Origin: Armatimonadota bacterium
GTDB lineage: Bacteria > Armatimonadota > Fimbriimonadia > Fimbriimonadales > GBS-DC
DNA: 64,000 bases
Reading direction: 5' to 3'
Assembly (NCBI GenBank): GCA_037445735.1
Contig: JBBIJY010000006.1
Location: forward strand, 1 to 64,000
The notes under the pieces are model-generated. The model had not been told where the DNA came from and did not search any database. It was given only the letters and a program-made list of their open reading frames with translations. Shown here one piece after another: positions 18,744 to 29,432 of this stretch. Made by a program: the position numbers and the translations under genes. Each line of letters starts with the position of its first letter. The first letter of the stretch is position 1.

Positions 18744-19760
18744 ATGCGAAGGGCTGGTTATGGGTTGCTTATCGGTGTGATAATCTTTGGCACTGTCGCC
18801 ACGCTGTATGGTCAGGCAGGCGTGCGCAGCTATCTGGTGCGTCGCCTCTACGAACCGGGCATGCGCCAGAAGTTTAATGCCGTATACAACCTTAAAGGCG
18901 ATGTGCGCTCTTCCCTCTTTGACGGCAGCTTCCCGATTAATGTCGATGCCCAGCTGGAAATCACCACGCAGATCCTCTCGGTCAATGAGAACGGTCAAGC
19001 CCGCATGCGCTACTCGTTCCGCTACCTGAAGCAGGTGGTCGACTTCTTCGCTGAGAAGGAGCTGCCCGAACCGTTCAGCGCCACGATCCGTATCACGCCA
19101 TCGGGCTTCCCCGCCGAAGATGAGACCACCAGCAAGTTCCGCAAGAGCCGTCAGCAGGAAGAAGAGGAGAGCGAATCGCCCGGACTGGATATACTGCCCG
19201 ATTTGATGCTGTTTTTGCAGCTGGTGGGTCTCGATGTGGTGCCTGGTCCGTTTTACCCGATGCCACCGGGCGCGGTGCGTGAGGGCGACCAGTGGAAGAT
19301 CGGCTATCCGACCCCCTTCCTCGACACAAAGGGCGGACGGCTCAGCCTCAGCCAGGCGACCATCCACACCTACCCCGCCACCGTGAAGGTGATCGGCTTG
19401 AAAGAACTCAAGGGTCGTCCCGTGCTGCATGTGCAGCAGATTACCGACACCACCATCGACATCCCGCTGGATGACACCCTGCTGGAGATTGTGCGCCTGC
19501 GCGACCGCAGCGTGCCGCGCGGACGCATCAAGGGCACCATCAAGGGCACGACCGATTTCTACTACGCGCTTGCCGACGGCGCGCTGCTGCAGGCGTCGGG
19601 CTATGTGCGCCAGAAGCTGAGAGCCGAGTACGATTCGCAAACTATCCGCGAATGGCAGCCCGACGAACACTGGGCGGAATGGGAGGTGCAGGCGACCTTC
19701 CGACAGGTGCTGGCGGAGGAGAAGATAACCCCCTCGCGGTCCGGCTCACGCCGCCGCTAA
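18744..19760 (+). CDS. Hypothetical exported beta-rich protein
   Basis: N-terminal hydrophobic signal; coding-like codon usage; architecture loosely like 59077-60021. Confidence 0.6.
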   Translation: MRRAGYGLLIGVIIFGTVATLYGQAGVRSYLVRRLYEPGMRQKFNAVYNLKGDVRSSLFDGSFPINVDAQLEITTQILSVNENGQARMRYSFRYLKQVVDFFAEKELPEPFSATIRITPSGFPAEDETTSKFRKSRQQEEEESESPGLDILPDLMLFLQLVGLDVVPGPFYPMPPGAVREGDQWKIGYPTPFLDTKGGRLSLSQATIHTYPATVKVIGLKELKGRPVLHVQQITDTTIDIPLDDTLLEIVRLRDRSVPRGRIKGTIKGTTDFYYALADGALLQASGYVRQKLRAEYDSQTIREWQPDEHWAEWEVQATFRQVLAEEKITPSRSGSRRR

Positions 19761-21451
19761 GCGGCGCGGGTTAGCCACTTCGAGAGGGACTGACAGCGCG
19801 CGCCATATTGAGCCTGCAGCAGCGGGTCGCAACCGCCACCTGTCAGCAGCGGGCGTACATCCGCTGTCGGCAAACGGTCGGTGATCTCGATATCGGGGCA
19901 GGTGTCGGCATCGAGCCCCATCTGCTGAAGCGCGTCCAGCACCCGCTCGTAAGCCTGTGAAACGGTTGTGCTGTTGAGCGTGCCCGCATAGAGAATCAGC
20001 GTGTCCGTTCGACGGTGCTCCCCATGCCACTGAAGCGCGGGCAGCCATGTCGGCGGGCGATCCCAGTCGGGCACGATCAAAAAGCGTGCGGGCATCGCCA
20101 GCGCCTGCTCGTACGCCGCGACGGTGGCTTCTGCCGCCTTCCGCCAGGTGTAGCGGCTCAACACATGCTGACAGCACGCCTTACGCCGATCGGCGTCTGT
20201 GTCCCGCCATGCGCGCCACACCGCCTCGCGGATGCTCTCCCCATCACCGGGGTCGCACACATAAGCCCACTGCCCCAGATACTCCTGCTCCGCGCCCCGA
20301 TTGCCGACCACCAGCGCACAGCCCGCTAACGCCGCCTCCAGATTCGCCAGACCGGGCGTCTCCGACCACGAGGGTAGCGCGTGAACCCGCGCCGCCGCAT
20401 ACGCGCTTGCCAGCAGCTCAGGACCCAGCTCGCCCACAAAATGCACCTGTCGCCCAGCCCAGCGGCGGCAGAGCGCGGCGTACCCCGCATCGCCCTCCTT
20501 ACCCGCCAGCACCAGCGGCAAATCGGTCTCGCGCAACGCCCAGATGAGCATCAGCTGATTTTTGTTCGGCTCGATACGCGCCGCGCATAGCACAAAATCG
20601 CGCAAGCCATATTGCTGAACGAAGGGGTCAGGGTTCGCATTCAGAAAGCGTTCGGGACGCACCGCGTTGGGAACCACCACCACAGGCTGCTCGCCCCTGC
20701 CAAAAGTGCGCACGAGCTGCTCATATTCCCGCGCGGCGTTCGGCAGCCACACGCGCGTCAGCTGCAGAACCCGCTGCATGGCTGGATCGGGCTTGAGGGC
20801 AACCCGACCTGACAGGAACTGCCCGCGCCATGCCGTCAGCTGATTCTGCACCTCGCGCTCATCTGCGAGCGCGAAGATGGCTTTCAGCGCGAGGCTCGCC
20901 TGCAATAACTCCGAATAGTCCCAGAAGATGGTGGATACCACGAACGGCTTCTCGCACTGCTCCAGCCGCTCCAGTCGGTCGGCATGGTAGAGCGAAAAGA
21001 GGTGATTGAGGTCGCAGGATGTTTCGGGCAGGCGCAGGGCGATGGAGACATCGGCAACGATGCCGAACTCGCGCAGGGCATAAAGCGTCTCCAGCAGCTG
21101 GGTTTCGCCGCCGCCCATCATCTGCAGGGCACGACGGTGGGGGATCATCCGCACCCGCCACCGCACCCCCGATACCCGCACGCCCTTCCAGCCGAAAGCG
21201 AATAGCCCATCCACCTCCGGCTCAGGGTCCAGCAGATGCACCGTCGCGTCAAAAAGCGATTCGACCTGCTCCCGCCATCGATTCGGGCAGGCAGGCATGC
21301 CTGAATGGGCAATCAGAAACGGCGTGCCGATGTCCAGCTCATCAGCGATCGATTCCTGCCCTGTGAGGATCAGCGCGCCCGCTTGCGATTGGGGGGCGGG
21401 CAGGCGTGCCAGAAAACGATGCGCCCATTCAGGCAGCCATGCGCGACTCAT
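19757..21451 (-). CDS. Glycosyltransferase family 4 with extra N- and C-terminal domains
   Basis: GGGETQ, VVPNAV, ARIEPNKNQ, PSWSETPGLANLEAALAGC. Confidence 0.85.
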   Translation of the reverse strand: MSRAWLPEWAHRFLARLPAPQSQAGALILTGQESIADELDIGTPFLIAHSGMPACPNRWREQVESLFDATVHLLDPEPEVDGLFAFGWKGVRVSGVRWRVRMIPHRRALQMMGGGETQLLETLYALREFGIVADVSIALRLPETSCDLNHLFSLYHADRLERLEQCEKPFVVSTIFWDYSELLQASLALKAIFALADEREVQNQLTAWRGQFLSGRVALKPDPAMQRVLQLTRVWLPNAAREYEQLVRTFGRGEQPVVVVPNAVRPERFLNANPDPFVQQYGLRDFVLCAARIEPNKNQLMLIWALRETDLPLVLAGKEGDAGYAALCRRWAGRQVHFVGELGPELLASAYAAARVHALPSWSETPGLANLEAALAGCALVVGNRGAEQEYLGQWAYVCDPGDGESIREAVWRAWRDTDADRRKACCQHVLSRYTWRKAAEATVAAYEQALAMPARFLIVPDWDRPPTWLPALQWHGEHRRTDTLILYAGTLNSTTVSQAYERVLDALQQMGLDADTCPDIEITDRLPTADVRPLLTGGGCDPLLQAQYGARCQSLSKWLTRAA

Positions 21452-23228
21452 CCGAACCACCCCTCTGCATCGGCTCAAAGAACGCCCGATAGCCCGTCAG
21501 GTGCGGACATGCCTGCACTATCAGCAGCGCCTCGCGGCACACCGACTGCAGGCGTGCCGTCTGCCCAGCCGACTGCAGAATCAGCGCGAGCTGAACCCAG
21601 TGGTCGATATTGAGCGGCTCCTTCTCGATAGCCCGCTGAAGCCACTGGATGGCTTCCTCGTGACGATGGAGCCGTATCAGCATCTGCGCCAGCGGCTGCG
21701 CCAGCTGGGGGTGCAGCTCGAACGCCCGCTGATACATATGAATCGCGGAATGAAGTGCGTCACGGCTCGCGTACAGCTCGCCCAGAATCACGCAGAGCTT
21801 CTGGGCGTAGAAGTCCCGCAATTGTTCGGCAAAGGCTTCGGGCATATGTCCCCTCTCGGCGAAGGCGCGCTCGCTCTCGATGCGGAACCAGTCGTAGCCC
21901 GGCGACCAGGGCAGCGCGTCGCGCAGAATCGCTGGCGGGCACTCTGGCAGTGCTTTGAGCGCGCGATGCGCCCAGCCTTCCAGCTCCGTCAGGCGACCCG
22001 TCGCGTAGAGCATCAGCGCGTAGTTCATTAGTGCGACAGCGTGCGTCGGCTCCTGCTCGATCGCCTGCAGCAGCCGCTGCTCGGCACGGCTCAAACAGTC
22101 GCGCTGAAGAGCCGCATCGGGCATCTCGGCAGTTAGCAACAGCAGCAGCACGCCCTCATCGTTAAGCAAAATGGCATCATGCTCGTCCTCGCAGCGGCTC
22201 AGCATCGTGAGCGCGGAGCGCACACGCCCTGCGAATGCGCTCTGCAGATGCTGGTGCGCACGGGCGCATGCCTGCTGACGCTTATTGAGCTGGCAGAAGG
22301 TGCGCGCCCTGCCAATCTGCGCTGGGGGAACCGCCTCGATTGCCTGCTCGATAAGGCGCGTGTATTGTCGGGCATAACTGTAGTCCTGCACGCGCTGCCA
22401 CGCCGCCTCCACAATCCGTTCCGCCTGCTCCGGGTGAGCCAGATACTGCTCAATCACCTGCTCCAGATTGTCGTCGGTGTACGGAACAAAATGAACCTCT
22501 TCCTGATAGACATCGCGCACTTCGAGGTTATCCGCCTCATACAGCAGCAGGCTGCCGCAGGCGGGCGCCTCATAAGCGCGCATGTTCATCTCCCCGCGAA
22601 TGCTGCGGTTAAAAACAATCCGGCACCGATTGAGAAAGCGTGTATACTCCTCGCCGTACAACCCTGTCGCGATGCAGATGTGATACTTTTCGCTCAGGCG
22701 GGCGAGCCGTCGCAGGAAGCGAGCGCGTTCGCCCTGCACGGTATGGCTCAGGTTGCCCACAAAGCCCACATCGTACACCTTCGGCTCGTCGGGCAGGCGA
22801 CGATGAAGCGCGGGATCATAGCCGTACAGTTTCGCATGGCTCACATTCGTGGAGCCAAGCCGTTGCAACACCTGCACGCCCCGCCTGTCGGTGAGGATAT
22901 GGTCAAACATGCGCAGGGTGTCCCGAATTCGCCACAGCGCGAGGTTCCAGTCGCCCAGCGCCGCTACCAGCCGATAGGGGCACTGTTCCAGCCCTATTGG
23001 AATCGGGTGATATTCGGGACTCCAGAAAATCACCACCTCTGGCTCCCAGCCAGCGGGTAGCTGTTCAAGGACTTGCTGAAAAGTTGTATTTTGCGGGTCA
23101 TACTGGATATCGGCGCCAGCGTCCCATGAGAACAGGAGGGCATCGTGTTCGGCGAGCGCACGGCGGAAGCCGTCCACCTCCGTGCCATGCACCGGACCCA
23201 TCAACACCCTGCGTCTTTGCATTTCCAT
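21429..23228 (-). CDS. CgeB/Glyco_trans_1_2-type glycosyltransferase with C-terminal TPRs
   Basis: YDVGFVGN, RIVFNRSIRGEMNMRAYEAPACGSLL; TPR-like A...YQRAFELHP, AIQWLQRAIEKEP. Confidence 0.8.
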   Translation of the reverse strand: MEMQRRRVLMGPVHGTEVDGFRRALAEHDALLFSWDAGADIQYDPQNTTFQQVLEQLPAGWEPEVVIFWSPEYHPIPIGLEQCPYRLVAALGDWNLALWRIRDTLRMFDHILTDRRGVQVLQRLGSTNVSHAKLYGYDPALHRRLPDEPKVYDVGFVGNLSHTVQGERARFLRRLARLSEKYHICIATGLYGEEYTRFLNRCRIVFNRSIRGEMNMRAYEAPACGSLLLYEADNLEVRDVYQEEVHFVPYTDDNLEQVIEQYLAHPEQAERIVEAAWQRVQDYSYARQYTRLIEQAIEAVPPAQIGRARTFCQLNKRQQACARAHQHLQSAFAGRVRSALTMLSRCEDEHDAILLNDEGVLLLLLTAEMPDAALQRDCLSRAEQRLLQAIEQEPTHAVALMNYALMLYATGRLTELEGWAHRALKALPECPPAILRDALPWSPGYDWFRIESERAFAERGHMPEAFAEQLRDFYAQKLCVILGELYASRDALHSAIHMYQRAFELHPQLAQPLAQMLIRLHRHEEAIQWLQRAIEKEPLNIDHWVQLALILQSAGQTARLQSVCREALLIVQACPHLTGYRAFFEPMQRGGSDESRMAA

Positions 23229-23301
23229 CCCTGCGCGGCATCGGTTGCCATGCTCATTATCGGTTTATTGACAGCGATTATGCAGGGTACAATCGGGGGG
23301 T

Positions 23302-24675
23302 ATGGAAGCGGTTCGCAGGGTTCGTTCCAAAGAGGGTTCCAATCTTTTATCGGAGCGTTCGGTGGGGCGCGCGGTGTGGGCGCTGGCGTTCCCGTCGATG
23401 GTCGCCTCCGTGGTTCAGACGGTCAACAGTTTTCTGGATCGGATGTTTGTGGGTTCGCTGGGCGCGGCTGCGCTGGCGGCGGCAGGGGTGGGAGGTCAGC
23501 TGATCTTTCTGGTGATGACGCTGGCGATGGCAATCTCGATGGGTGGCACGGCGATTGTGGCGCGGATGGTGGGCGCGAACGACCACCGCAATCTTCAGCA
23601 GGCGGCACGCCAATCACTGGGCATCGCGCTGGTGCTGGGACTGTGGATGACCCTGCTGGGCTATCTGCTGCTGCCTGCGGTGCTGAACTGGTATCGTCTG
23701 GAGCGGGAGGCGTTCGTGCAGGCGCGTCAGTTCCTGCTGCTGGCTCTGCTCGGTACGCCCGGCATGTTCCTCATGATAGGTTTGATGGGCACTTTTCGGG
23801 GTCAGGGCGACACCCGCACGCCGATGGTTGCCAGCATCGTGGCAACGCTGGTGCATATTGTGGGCGACTGGCTGCTGATTTTTGGGCGGTACGGCTTTCC
23901 GAAGCTGGGCATTCAGGGCGCGGGGATCGCGCTGGCGGCTTCGATGTGGGCGGGTGCAGGCGTGCTGTGGGTGCTCCAGCTGATGCGGGCGCGCCCGCTC
24001 GCCATCCCCCAGCTGCCCCAGATGCAGTGGGTTCGGCGCATCCTGCGCATTGGTATCCCCGCCTCGATGCGCACACTCATCTACTCGACCAGCTCGATGG
24101 CGTTCACCATGATTCTGGCGGCGACTGCGGCGGGCACCGCTGCCGTCGCCGCGCTGCCAATCGGATTGACCGCCGAATCGATAGCCTTTATGCCCGGTTT
24201 CGCGTTCGCGATAGCGGCGTCCGCGCTGGTGGGTCAGGCGCTGGGCGCCCGTAACGAGCGACTGGCGGAACGGTTCGGCTGGACAGCGGCGTGGCAGGCG
24301 TGTGCCGTGATGAGCGCGATGGCGATGGTATTCTTCCTCTTCGCCGAGCCGTTCGCCCGCTGGTTCACACGCGACCCACAGGTGATTGCGCTCGCCGTCG
24401 CCTATCTGCGAATCAACGCGCTTTCGGAGCCGCTGCTGGCTTTCGGCATCGTGCTGGCGGGCGCATTACAGGGCGCCGGCGATTCGCTCAAGGCGATGTT
24501 CGGCACCCTCCTCACGCAGTGGGTGGTGCGCCTGCCGCTCGCCTATCTGCTGGCATTCGGGCTGAGGCTGGACGCAAACGGCGCGTGGTGGGCGATGGCC
24601 ATCAGCTCCTGCTTCAGCGGACTGCTGTTCATGATGCTGTTCAAACATGGCGGCTGGAAACGGGTCAGAGTGTAA
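23302..24675 (+). CDS. MATE family efflux transporter
   Basis: LAFPSM..DRMFVGSLG, FRGQGDTRTPM, GFPKLGIQGAGIA, LQGAGD; about 12 TM. Confidence 0.92.
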   Translation: MEAVRRVRSKEGSNLLSERSVGRAVWALAFPSMVASVVQTVNSFLDRMFVGSLGAAALAAAGVGGQLIFLVMTLAMAISMGGTAIVARMVGANDHRNLQQAARQSLGIALVLGLWMTLLGYLLLPAVLNWYRLEREAFVQARQFLLLALLGTPGMFLMIGLMGTFRGQGDTRTPMVASIVATLVHIVGDWLLIFGRYGFPKLGIQGAGIALAASMWAGAGVLWVLQLMRARPLAIPQLPQMQWVRRILRIGIPASMRTLIYSTSSMAFTMILAATAAGTAAVAALPIGLTAESIAFMPGFAFAIAASALVGQALGARNERLAERFGWTAAWQACAVMSAMAMVFFLFAEPFARWFTRDPQVIALAVAYLRINALSEPLLAFGIVLAGALQGAGDSLKAMFGTLLTQWVVRLPLAYLLAFGLRLDANGAWWAMAISSCFSGLLFMMLFKHGGWKRVRV

Positions 24676-24703
24676 CCCTCTTCCCCAGCGGGGTCCCGAT
24701 CGC

Positions 24704-27700
24704 TTAGGAAATGCCCACCGCTTCGAGCTTCAGGTAGCGCTCGCGCTGCTCCTGTGGCAGGGTGCGCCAGATCAGGAACTGCTTGCGCAGAATGTTCAGG
24801 AACCGCCGATTGACCCGTTTCCAGTTGGCAATATCCCCGCTCAGGCGAGTGAGCGTGAGCTGGATGTCGTACACGCCCTCGTAATCGGTGGGCACGATAT
24901 CGATGCGCACATGCTGGCTCACACCCAGATCGAAGGGCGCAATCCAGGCGTCGCACTCCACGCGATAGCCCTCACCATGCTCGGTCGCCAGAGCCGCTGT
25001 GCGTACCGATTGGGTGATGAACTCGCCGACGGAGTATTCTTCATAGGCGTGGAACCACTCGGCAAGGAAGCCCGACAGCCCGTGCGCCTGCACGCTGGTG
25101 ACGGAGAAGGGCAGCGGGATGTGCCACAGGTCGCCCTCCGGCTCAGGCAGTCGCCAGGTGCGCTCTTCAGCGGGCGTCGCCACCTCCGACGCTTTGCGAG
25201 CGGGATAGATCGTCGACAGCAACACCACACCGACCACTACCACCGTTGAGAAGACCGCCGACAGTGACGAGAAGTTCAGATAGAGCTGAGGGAACCAGCC
25301 CGTTATCGTGATGATTTTCGCCACCAGCTGCGCCACGAAGTAGCCCGCAACCGAACCCAGCACCGCATAGACCAGCGATTCGGCGAAGAAGAGCATCGCG
25401 ATATGATTGGGCGCCAGCCCCACCGCGCTAAAGATGCCAATCTCGCGAATGCGTTCGTAGACCGAGCCCAGCATCGTGTTGAACACAATCAGCGCGGCGA
25501 TAATCACGGGCAGGATGATATACTCCAGCCCCTGCCCTGTGGTCGCCTGAATCGTGCTGTAGCGCACGATTCGGTTCTCCAGCCCTGCGTAGAGGTTCAG
25601 CCCCAGCCGCGGCATCAGCTGTTTTTTGAGCGTGTCGTACACCTCCTGGCGCGTGGCGAACTCGATTGCCAGACTGTAGATGTTGCCGCCGAAATTGATC
25701 ACCGTGTCGTAGGGCATAAAGACCACAATATCGGGTTCCAGATGCACATACTCTCGGAATCCGCCCTCACCACCCTGCCGACCCTGGCTCTGCAGGCGCT
25801 GCATGAGGATGAAGTCGACGGGTGTGAGTGGCTCGGTGTCCAGATCGCTGATGCGTTTGAGCGCGTTCGGGTCAACGATTCCGATCACGGTGTAGTCCAC
25901 ACCGGCGAACTGGACACGGGCGCGCCCGACCTCTTCGGGCTGGACACTTAGCGCGGCAGCGATATTGGCGGGCAGAATGATGGTGGTGCGGTCATCGGGC
26001 GCGAACCAGCGTCCCGCGATCAGTGCCTCCTGCGGGCGCGTGACCTTCGCTTCGTCAGCCGTCATGCCGACAATCGCGCGGGCGTTAAAGCGTCGCTCGG
26101 CGCGCGAGAGCGTGATAAATGCCTGCTCCCCAATCTGCGTGCCAAAGAACCATGCGCGGGGCGCAACGGCGCGCGTCGTGCCGAACTCGTCCCGCATCAA
26201 CCGATACGCCGATTCGCGCAACGGCTGCCAGTCGGGCGTGCGCATCATGATGCCGTTATAGCGCGGCACAACCGGCGCAGGCACCTCATTAAAGCGCAAC
26301 ACATTCACGATGGAGGTGAACGACAGCACCACGAAGGTGATCAGCACCAGCGAGAGGCTGGTCATGAAGGTGCGCAGGGCGCGGCGACGCATGTTCGAGA
26401 CGCCGAGATTGAACGCCGCCATCGCCACGCTCATGCGCCCAATATCGGCGCGATGGGTGCCCATCACCTGCTTCTGAATCGCCCGCAGCTGCTCCTCGAA
26501 CTTGCCTGAGATGAACACCGCCACGATCACCGACAGCGCGCCCATCGTGAAGGCGATGAACACTATCACGGGGTTGCCCGTGATCTCGAACGCGGGATGA
26601 ATGTACCGAAACGCGAGGAACACAGCGATGAAAATCAGTGAAGCGTACATCAGCTGGCTCTTGAGGTTGGGCGCACCGAACAGCAGCCGCTCCATGAAGT
26701 AGGCGAACGGCATCAGCAGGGCGAGATAGAAGATGACGCCATTAACCACATCGTTGGCGGTGGCGCGCACATCGGGGTAGGCGCGCGCAGCGTAGCCCCA
26801 CGCGGCGCGCGCGTACACATCGAGCGCGGCGTAATCGCGTTTCGCCAGCGCCTCATGCGCCTTATCCAGCGCCTCCTTCGCCGCCGCGTGCAGGTCGTTA
26901 ATGCCCAGATTCACGATGCGGTGCTTCGCCAGCGTGCGGATGCGGTAGTCGTTGAGCGTGTACATGTCTTCGGCGACGCGCAACGCCGTGAACGCAATCG
27001 CGCCGCCACGCGCGATCAGGTCGCGCTCGGTGAGCGTGCGGGGGTCAAAGGTGGGCACGGTGAAGCCCTGCGTCTCGCGCGGATCGCCACCCACCAGATA
27101 GCCTTTCCCTTCGGGGTTTTCGGGCGTGGCATTAATCAGCAGCAGGCGGTCGGCGCCCGGACCCATGCCCATCTTGATTTTCAGGCGCGAGCCGGGCTGG
27201 GAGAAGATGACCGCCACATCCTCCACATAGGAGGAGAGCGGCACATCTTTGGGCGTCATGATGTGCCCGTACATGCGCGGCTCGCCGTTCGTGTCGCCGT
27301 CGTAGATGTTGATGCTGGTCAGCGGCGCCAGCGTCTGCGGGTCTACTAAATCGTAAATCGAGGTCGCCACACAGCGGAACACAATAATCGGCGTCTCTTT
27401 GTCGCCGACGGTCATGTAAATCGTGAGCGGATAGTAGTGCGCGCCCTGAATGCCCAGATCGGGCGCGTAGTCGATGGCGCCCGTGCGCGGGTTCAGGTGA
27501 TACGCCGCGATATCGAAGGTGCGGTTCCAGCCATAGGCAGTAATCGGCGGGATGCCGACAAAGTTGAACCGCGCCTGCTCGTGCGGGATGGGACTGCTGT
27601 CGTCCACAATCTGAATCATATTGCCACGCACGCCCATCAGCGTTTTCATCCAGTGGCGCACGACGGCGATGGAGCCATTAATGGGCGTGTTCGGCAGAAA

Positions 27701-29272
27701 GCTGCGGTTGGGATCAAACAGATAGACATTACCGTGCAGCCGCCCGAACCCGCCCTGCAGGCGCAGGCGCGCCCACTGCGACGGCTCATCGATGGGAAAT
27801 CGGGGTCCGGGAGTGCCGCGCTCGTTCGGGTCGTTCAGGATATGATGCATCAGGCAGGCGATGGTGCGCGTCTGCAGGGCGATATTAGCGATATTGCAGT
27901 TTTCGTAGGTGTCGAGCGGGGTATCGACCAGCGGGCGGGCGTCTTCGATAGTGGCGAAGGTCACGCCCCACGCGCCCGCCAGCGTCGCGGCTTCGGCATC
28001 GAAGGCGGGTCTGCCCGGAATGTAGGTGCGCCAGTAGCGCCCCTGCACGGCATTAATGCCGTCGGCGAACAGCTTGCTGGCAGTGGTGCCCAGCACGGGC
28101 GCGATTCGGTCGGCATGCTCGCGCATGACGCGCCCCAGCTCCGAAAAGTAGCGCTGGATGTCCTCGCGCATATCGTAGAACCAGCCCTTGTAGAAGAGTC
28201 CGACACCTCTGGAGCGGCTGGCAAGGTCCAGACCGACAACCAGATAGATGTCGGGCGGGTTGCGGCGGTCGCCCAGAGCGCGCTCCAGCAGGTTCGGGCG
28301 GCTCCATTCGGGCAGGCGACGCTCGATAAACTGCCGGATGCCCTCCAGCGCCTGAAAATGCGCCCCGTTCGCCACGAACAGCACGCTGCGTTTGGGCGGA
28401 TACTTCTTGAAAAGCCGTGCCAGCTCCAGCATCGCGGCGAGTCCCGTGGCGTTCTCCGCGCCCGGCGCCAGCGACGGCACAATCGATATCGAATCGTAAT
28501 AGGCGGTGATGACAATCCACTGGTGGCGCAGTTTGGGATCGGTGCCGCGCAGGGTGCCGATGATGTTATAAGCCGTGCGTTTTTGCCATGTCTGGCGGCA
28601 GGTGAGTTTGACGCGCAGGTTGGGCTGGGTAGCGGCGAGCGCGAGCAGGCGGGCAGCATCGCGCCGCGTTACATAGAAGCGCGGGATGTCGATGGGGATG
28701 CCGATGAACTTCGCTTCCGCCTCACCCCGCTGGGTCTCCTCCGGCTCAATAAAGATGATGGCTCTGGCGCCCAGTCGGGGCGCGTTCAGCCAGCTGGAGC
28801 CGCAGTTAAAATCCGCCAGCACGATGCTACCTTCCACCGCTTTGCCGCGAAAGCGTTCGAGTCGCGCGTCGCCCACATAGATGAGCGGCGCCGAGATGCC
28901 CTCCGGCGGCAACTGCGAGGTGCGCACCAGATTGGGCCAGAGCGGATGGAGCTGAACCCTTTTGCCAGGCGTTTCGAGATAGGTGCCTTCATCGACGGGC
29001 ACGCTCACCTCGAACGGCTCGCGGCGCACATTCTGAAGCCCAATCGCATGGAACTGCCGTTCGATATAGTCGGCGGCGCGGGCGGCGCCGGGATAGCCCG
29101 CGACGCGCGAACCCTGCGCCGCCATCCAGCGCACCGTCTCGCCGATTCGGGCATCCGAAATCTCGCTAATCAGCTGGCGATAGCGTGCCTGCAGCTGCGC
29201 GGTGTCCACACCCTGCTGCGCCTGCGCCAGCGCCACGATCAGCCAGCCCGCCAGTAAGAGCCATAACCGCAT
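24704..29272 (-). CDS. Fusion of M28-peptidase-like extracellular domain with MacB/FtsX-like ABC permease
   Basis: Signal peptide; YNIIGTLRG..ITAYYDS..APGAENATGLAAMLELAR; TM cluster; NMRRRALRTFMT; NTMLGSVYERIREIGIFSAVGL..FFAES; STIYPARKAS. Confidence 0.8.
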   Translation of the reverse strand: MRLWLLLAGWLIVALAQAQQGVDTAQLQARYRQLISEISDARIGETVRWMAAQGSRVAGYPGAARAADYIERQFHAIGLQNVRREPFEVSVPVDEGTYLETPGKRVQLHPLWPNLVRTSQLPPEGISAPLIYVGDARLERFRGKAVEGSIVLADFNCGSSWLNAPRLGARAIIFIEPEETQRGEAEAKFIGIPIDIPRFYVTRRDAARLLALAATQPNLRVKLTCRQTWQKRTAYNIIGTLRGTDPKLRHQWIVITAYYDSISIVPSLAPGAENATGLAAMLELARLFKKYPPKRSVLFVANGAHFQALEGIRQFIERRLPEWSRPNLLERALGDRRNPPDIYLVVGLDLASRSRGVGLFYKGWFYDMREDIQRYFSELGRVMREHADRIAPVLGTTASKLFADGINAVQGRYWRTYIPGRPAFDAEAATLAGAWGVTFATIEDARPLVDTPLDTYENCNIANIALQTRTIACLMHHILNDPNERGTPGPRFPIDEPSQWARLRLQGGFGRLHGNVYLFDPNRSFLPNTPINGSIAVVRHWMKTLMGVRGNMIQIVDDSSPIPHEQARFNFVGIPPITAYGWNRTFDIAAYHLNPRTGAIDYAPDLGIQGAHYYPLTIYMTVGDKETPIIVFRCVATSIYDLVDPQTLAPLTSINIYDGDTNGEPRMYGHIMTPKDVPLSSYVEDVAVIFSQPGSRLKIKMGMGPGADRLLLINATPENPEGKGYLVGGDPRETQGFTVPTFDPRTLTERDLIARGGAIAFTALRVAEDMYTLNDYRIRTLAKHRIVNLGINDLHAAAKEALDKAHEALAKRDYAALDVYARAAWGYAARAYPDVRATANDVVNGVIFYLALLMPFAYFMERLLFGAPNLKSQLMYASLIFIAVFLAFRYIHPAFEITGNPVIVFIAFTMGALSVIVAVFISGKFEEQLRAIQKQVMGTHRADIGRMSVAMAAFNLGVSNMRRRALRTFMTSLSLVLITFVVLSFTSIVNVLRFNEVPAPVVPRYNGIMMRTPDWQPLRESAYRLMRDEFGTTRAVAPRAWFFGTQIGEQAFITLSRAERRFNARAIVGMTADEAKVTRPQEALIAGRWFAPDDRTTIILPANIAAALSVQPEEVGRARVQFAGVDYTVIGIVDPNALKRISDLDTEPLTPVDFILMQRLQSQGRQGGEGGFREYVHLEPDIVVFMPYDTVINFGGNIYSLAIEFATRQEVYDTLKKQLMPRLGLNLYAGLENRIVRYSTIQATTGQGLEYIILPVIIAALIVFNTMLGSVYERIREIGIFSAVGLAPNHIAMLFFAESLVYAVLGSVAGYFVAQLVAKIITITGWFPQLYLNFSSLSAVFSTVVVVGVVLLSTIYPARKASEVATPAEERTWRLPEPEGDLWHIPLPFSVTSVQAHGLSGFLAEWFHAYEEYSVGEFITQSVRTAALATEHGEGYRVECDAWIAPFDLGVSQHVRIDIVPTDYEGVYDIQLTLTRLSGDIANWKRVNRRFLNILRKQFLIWRTLPQEQRERYLKLEAVGIS

Positions 29273-29432
29273 CGCCTCTCTCAATTCTTCATTACGGCGA
29301 AACTCCCTGCCGTTGCATGAGGTGCTAAGCGGTGGTTCTCCCTGTTCTCAAAGGAGATTGCGTGCCTGAAGGCGTGCCGAATCGTGGCGGCGTGCATTCG
29401 GTGGCTGGTGCGTCGGACGCTGAGATGATCTT

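Noticed and set aside
17721-19670. Long antisense or overlapping ORFs (649 aa here; also 27437-29257, 1101-2648, 44243-45583, and the 5' part of 7613-10213)
   Set aside because: Shadow ORFs of GC-rich genes on the opposite strand, with no recognisable motifs.
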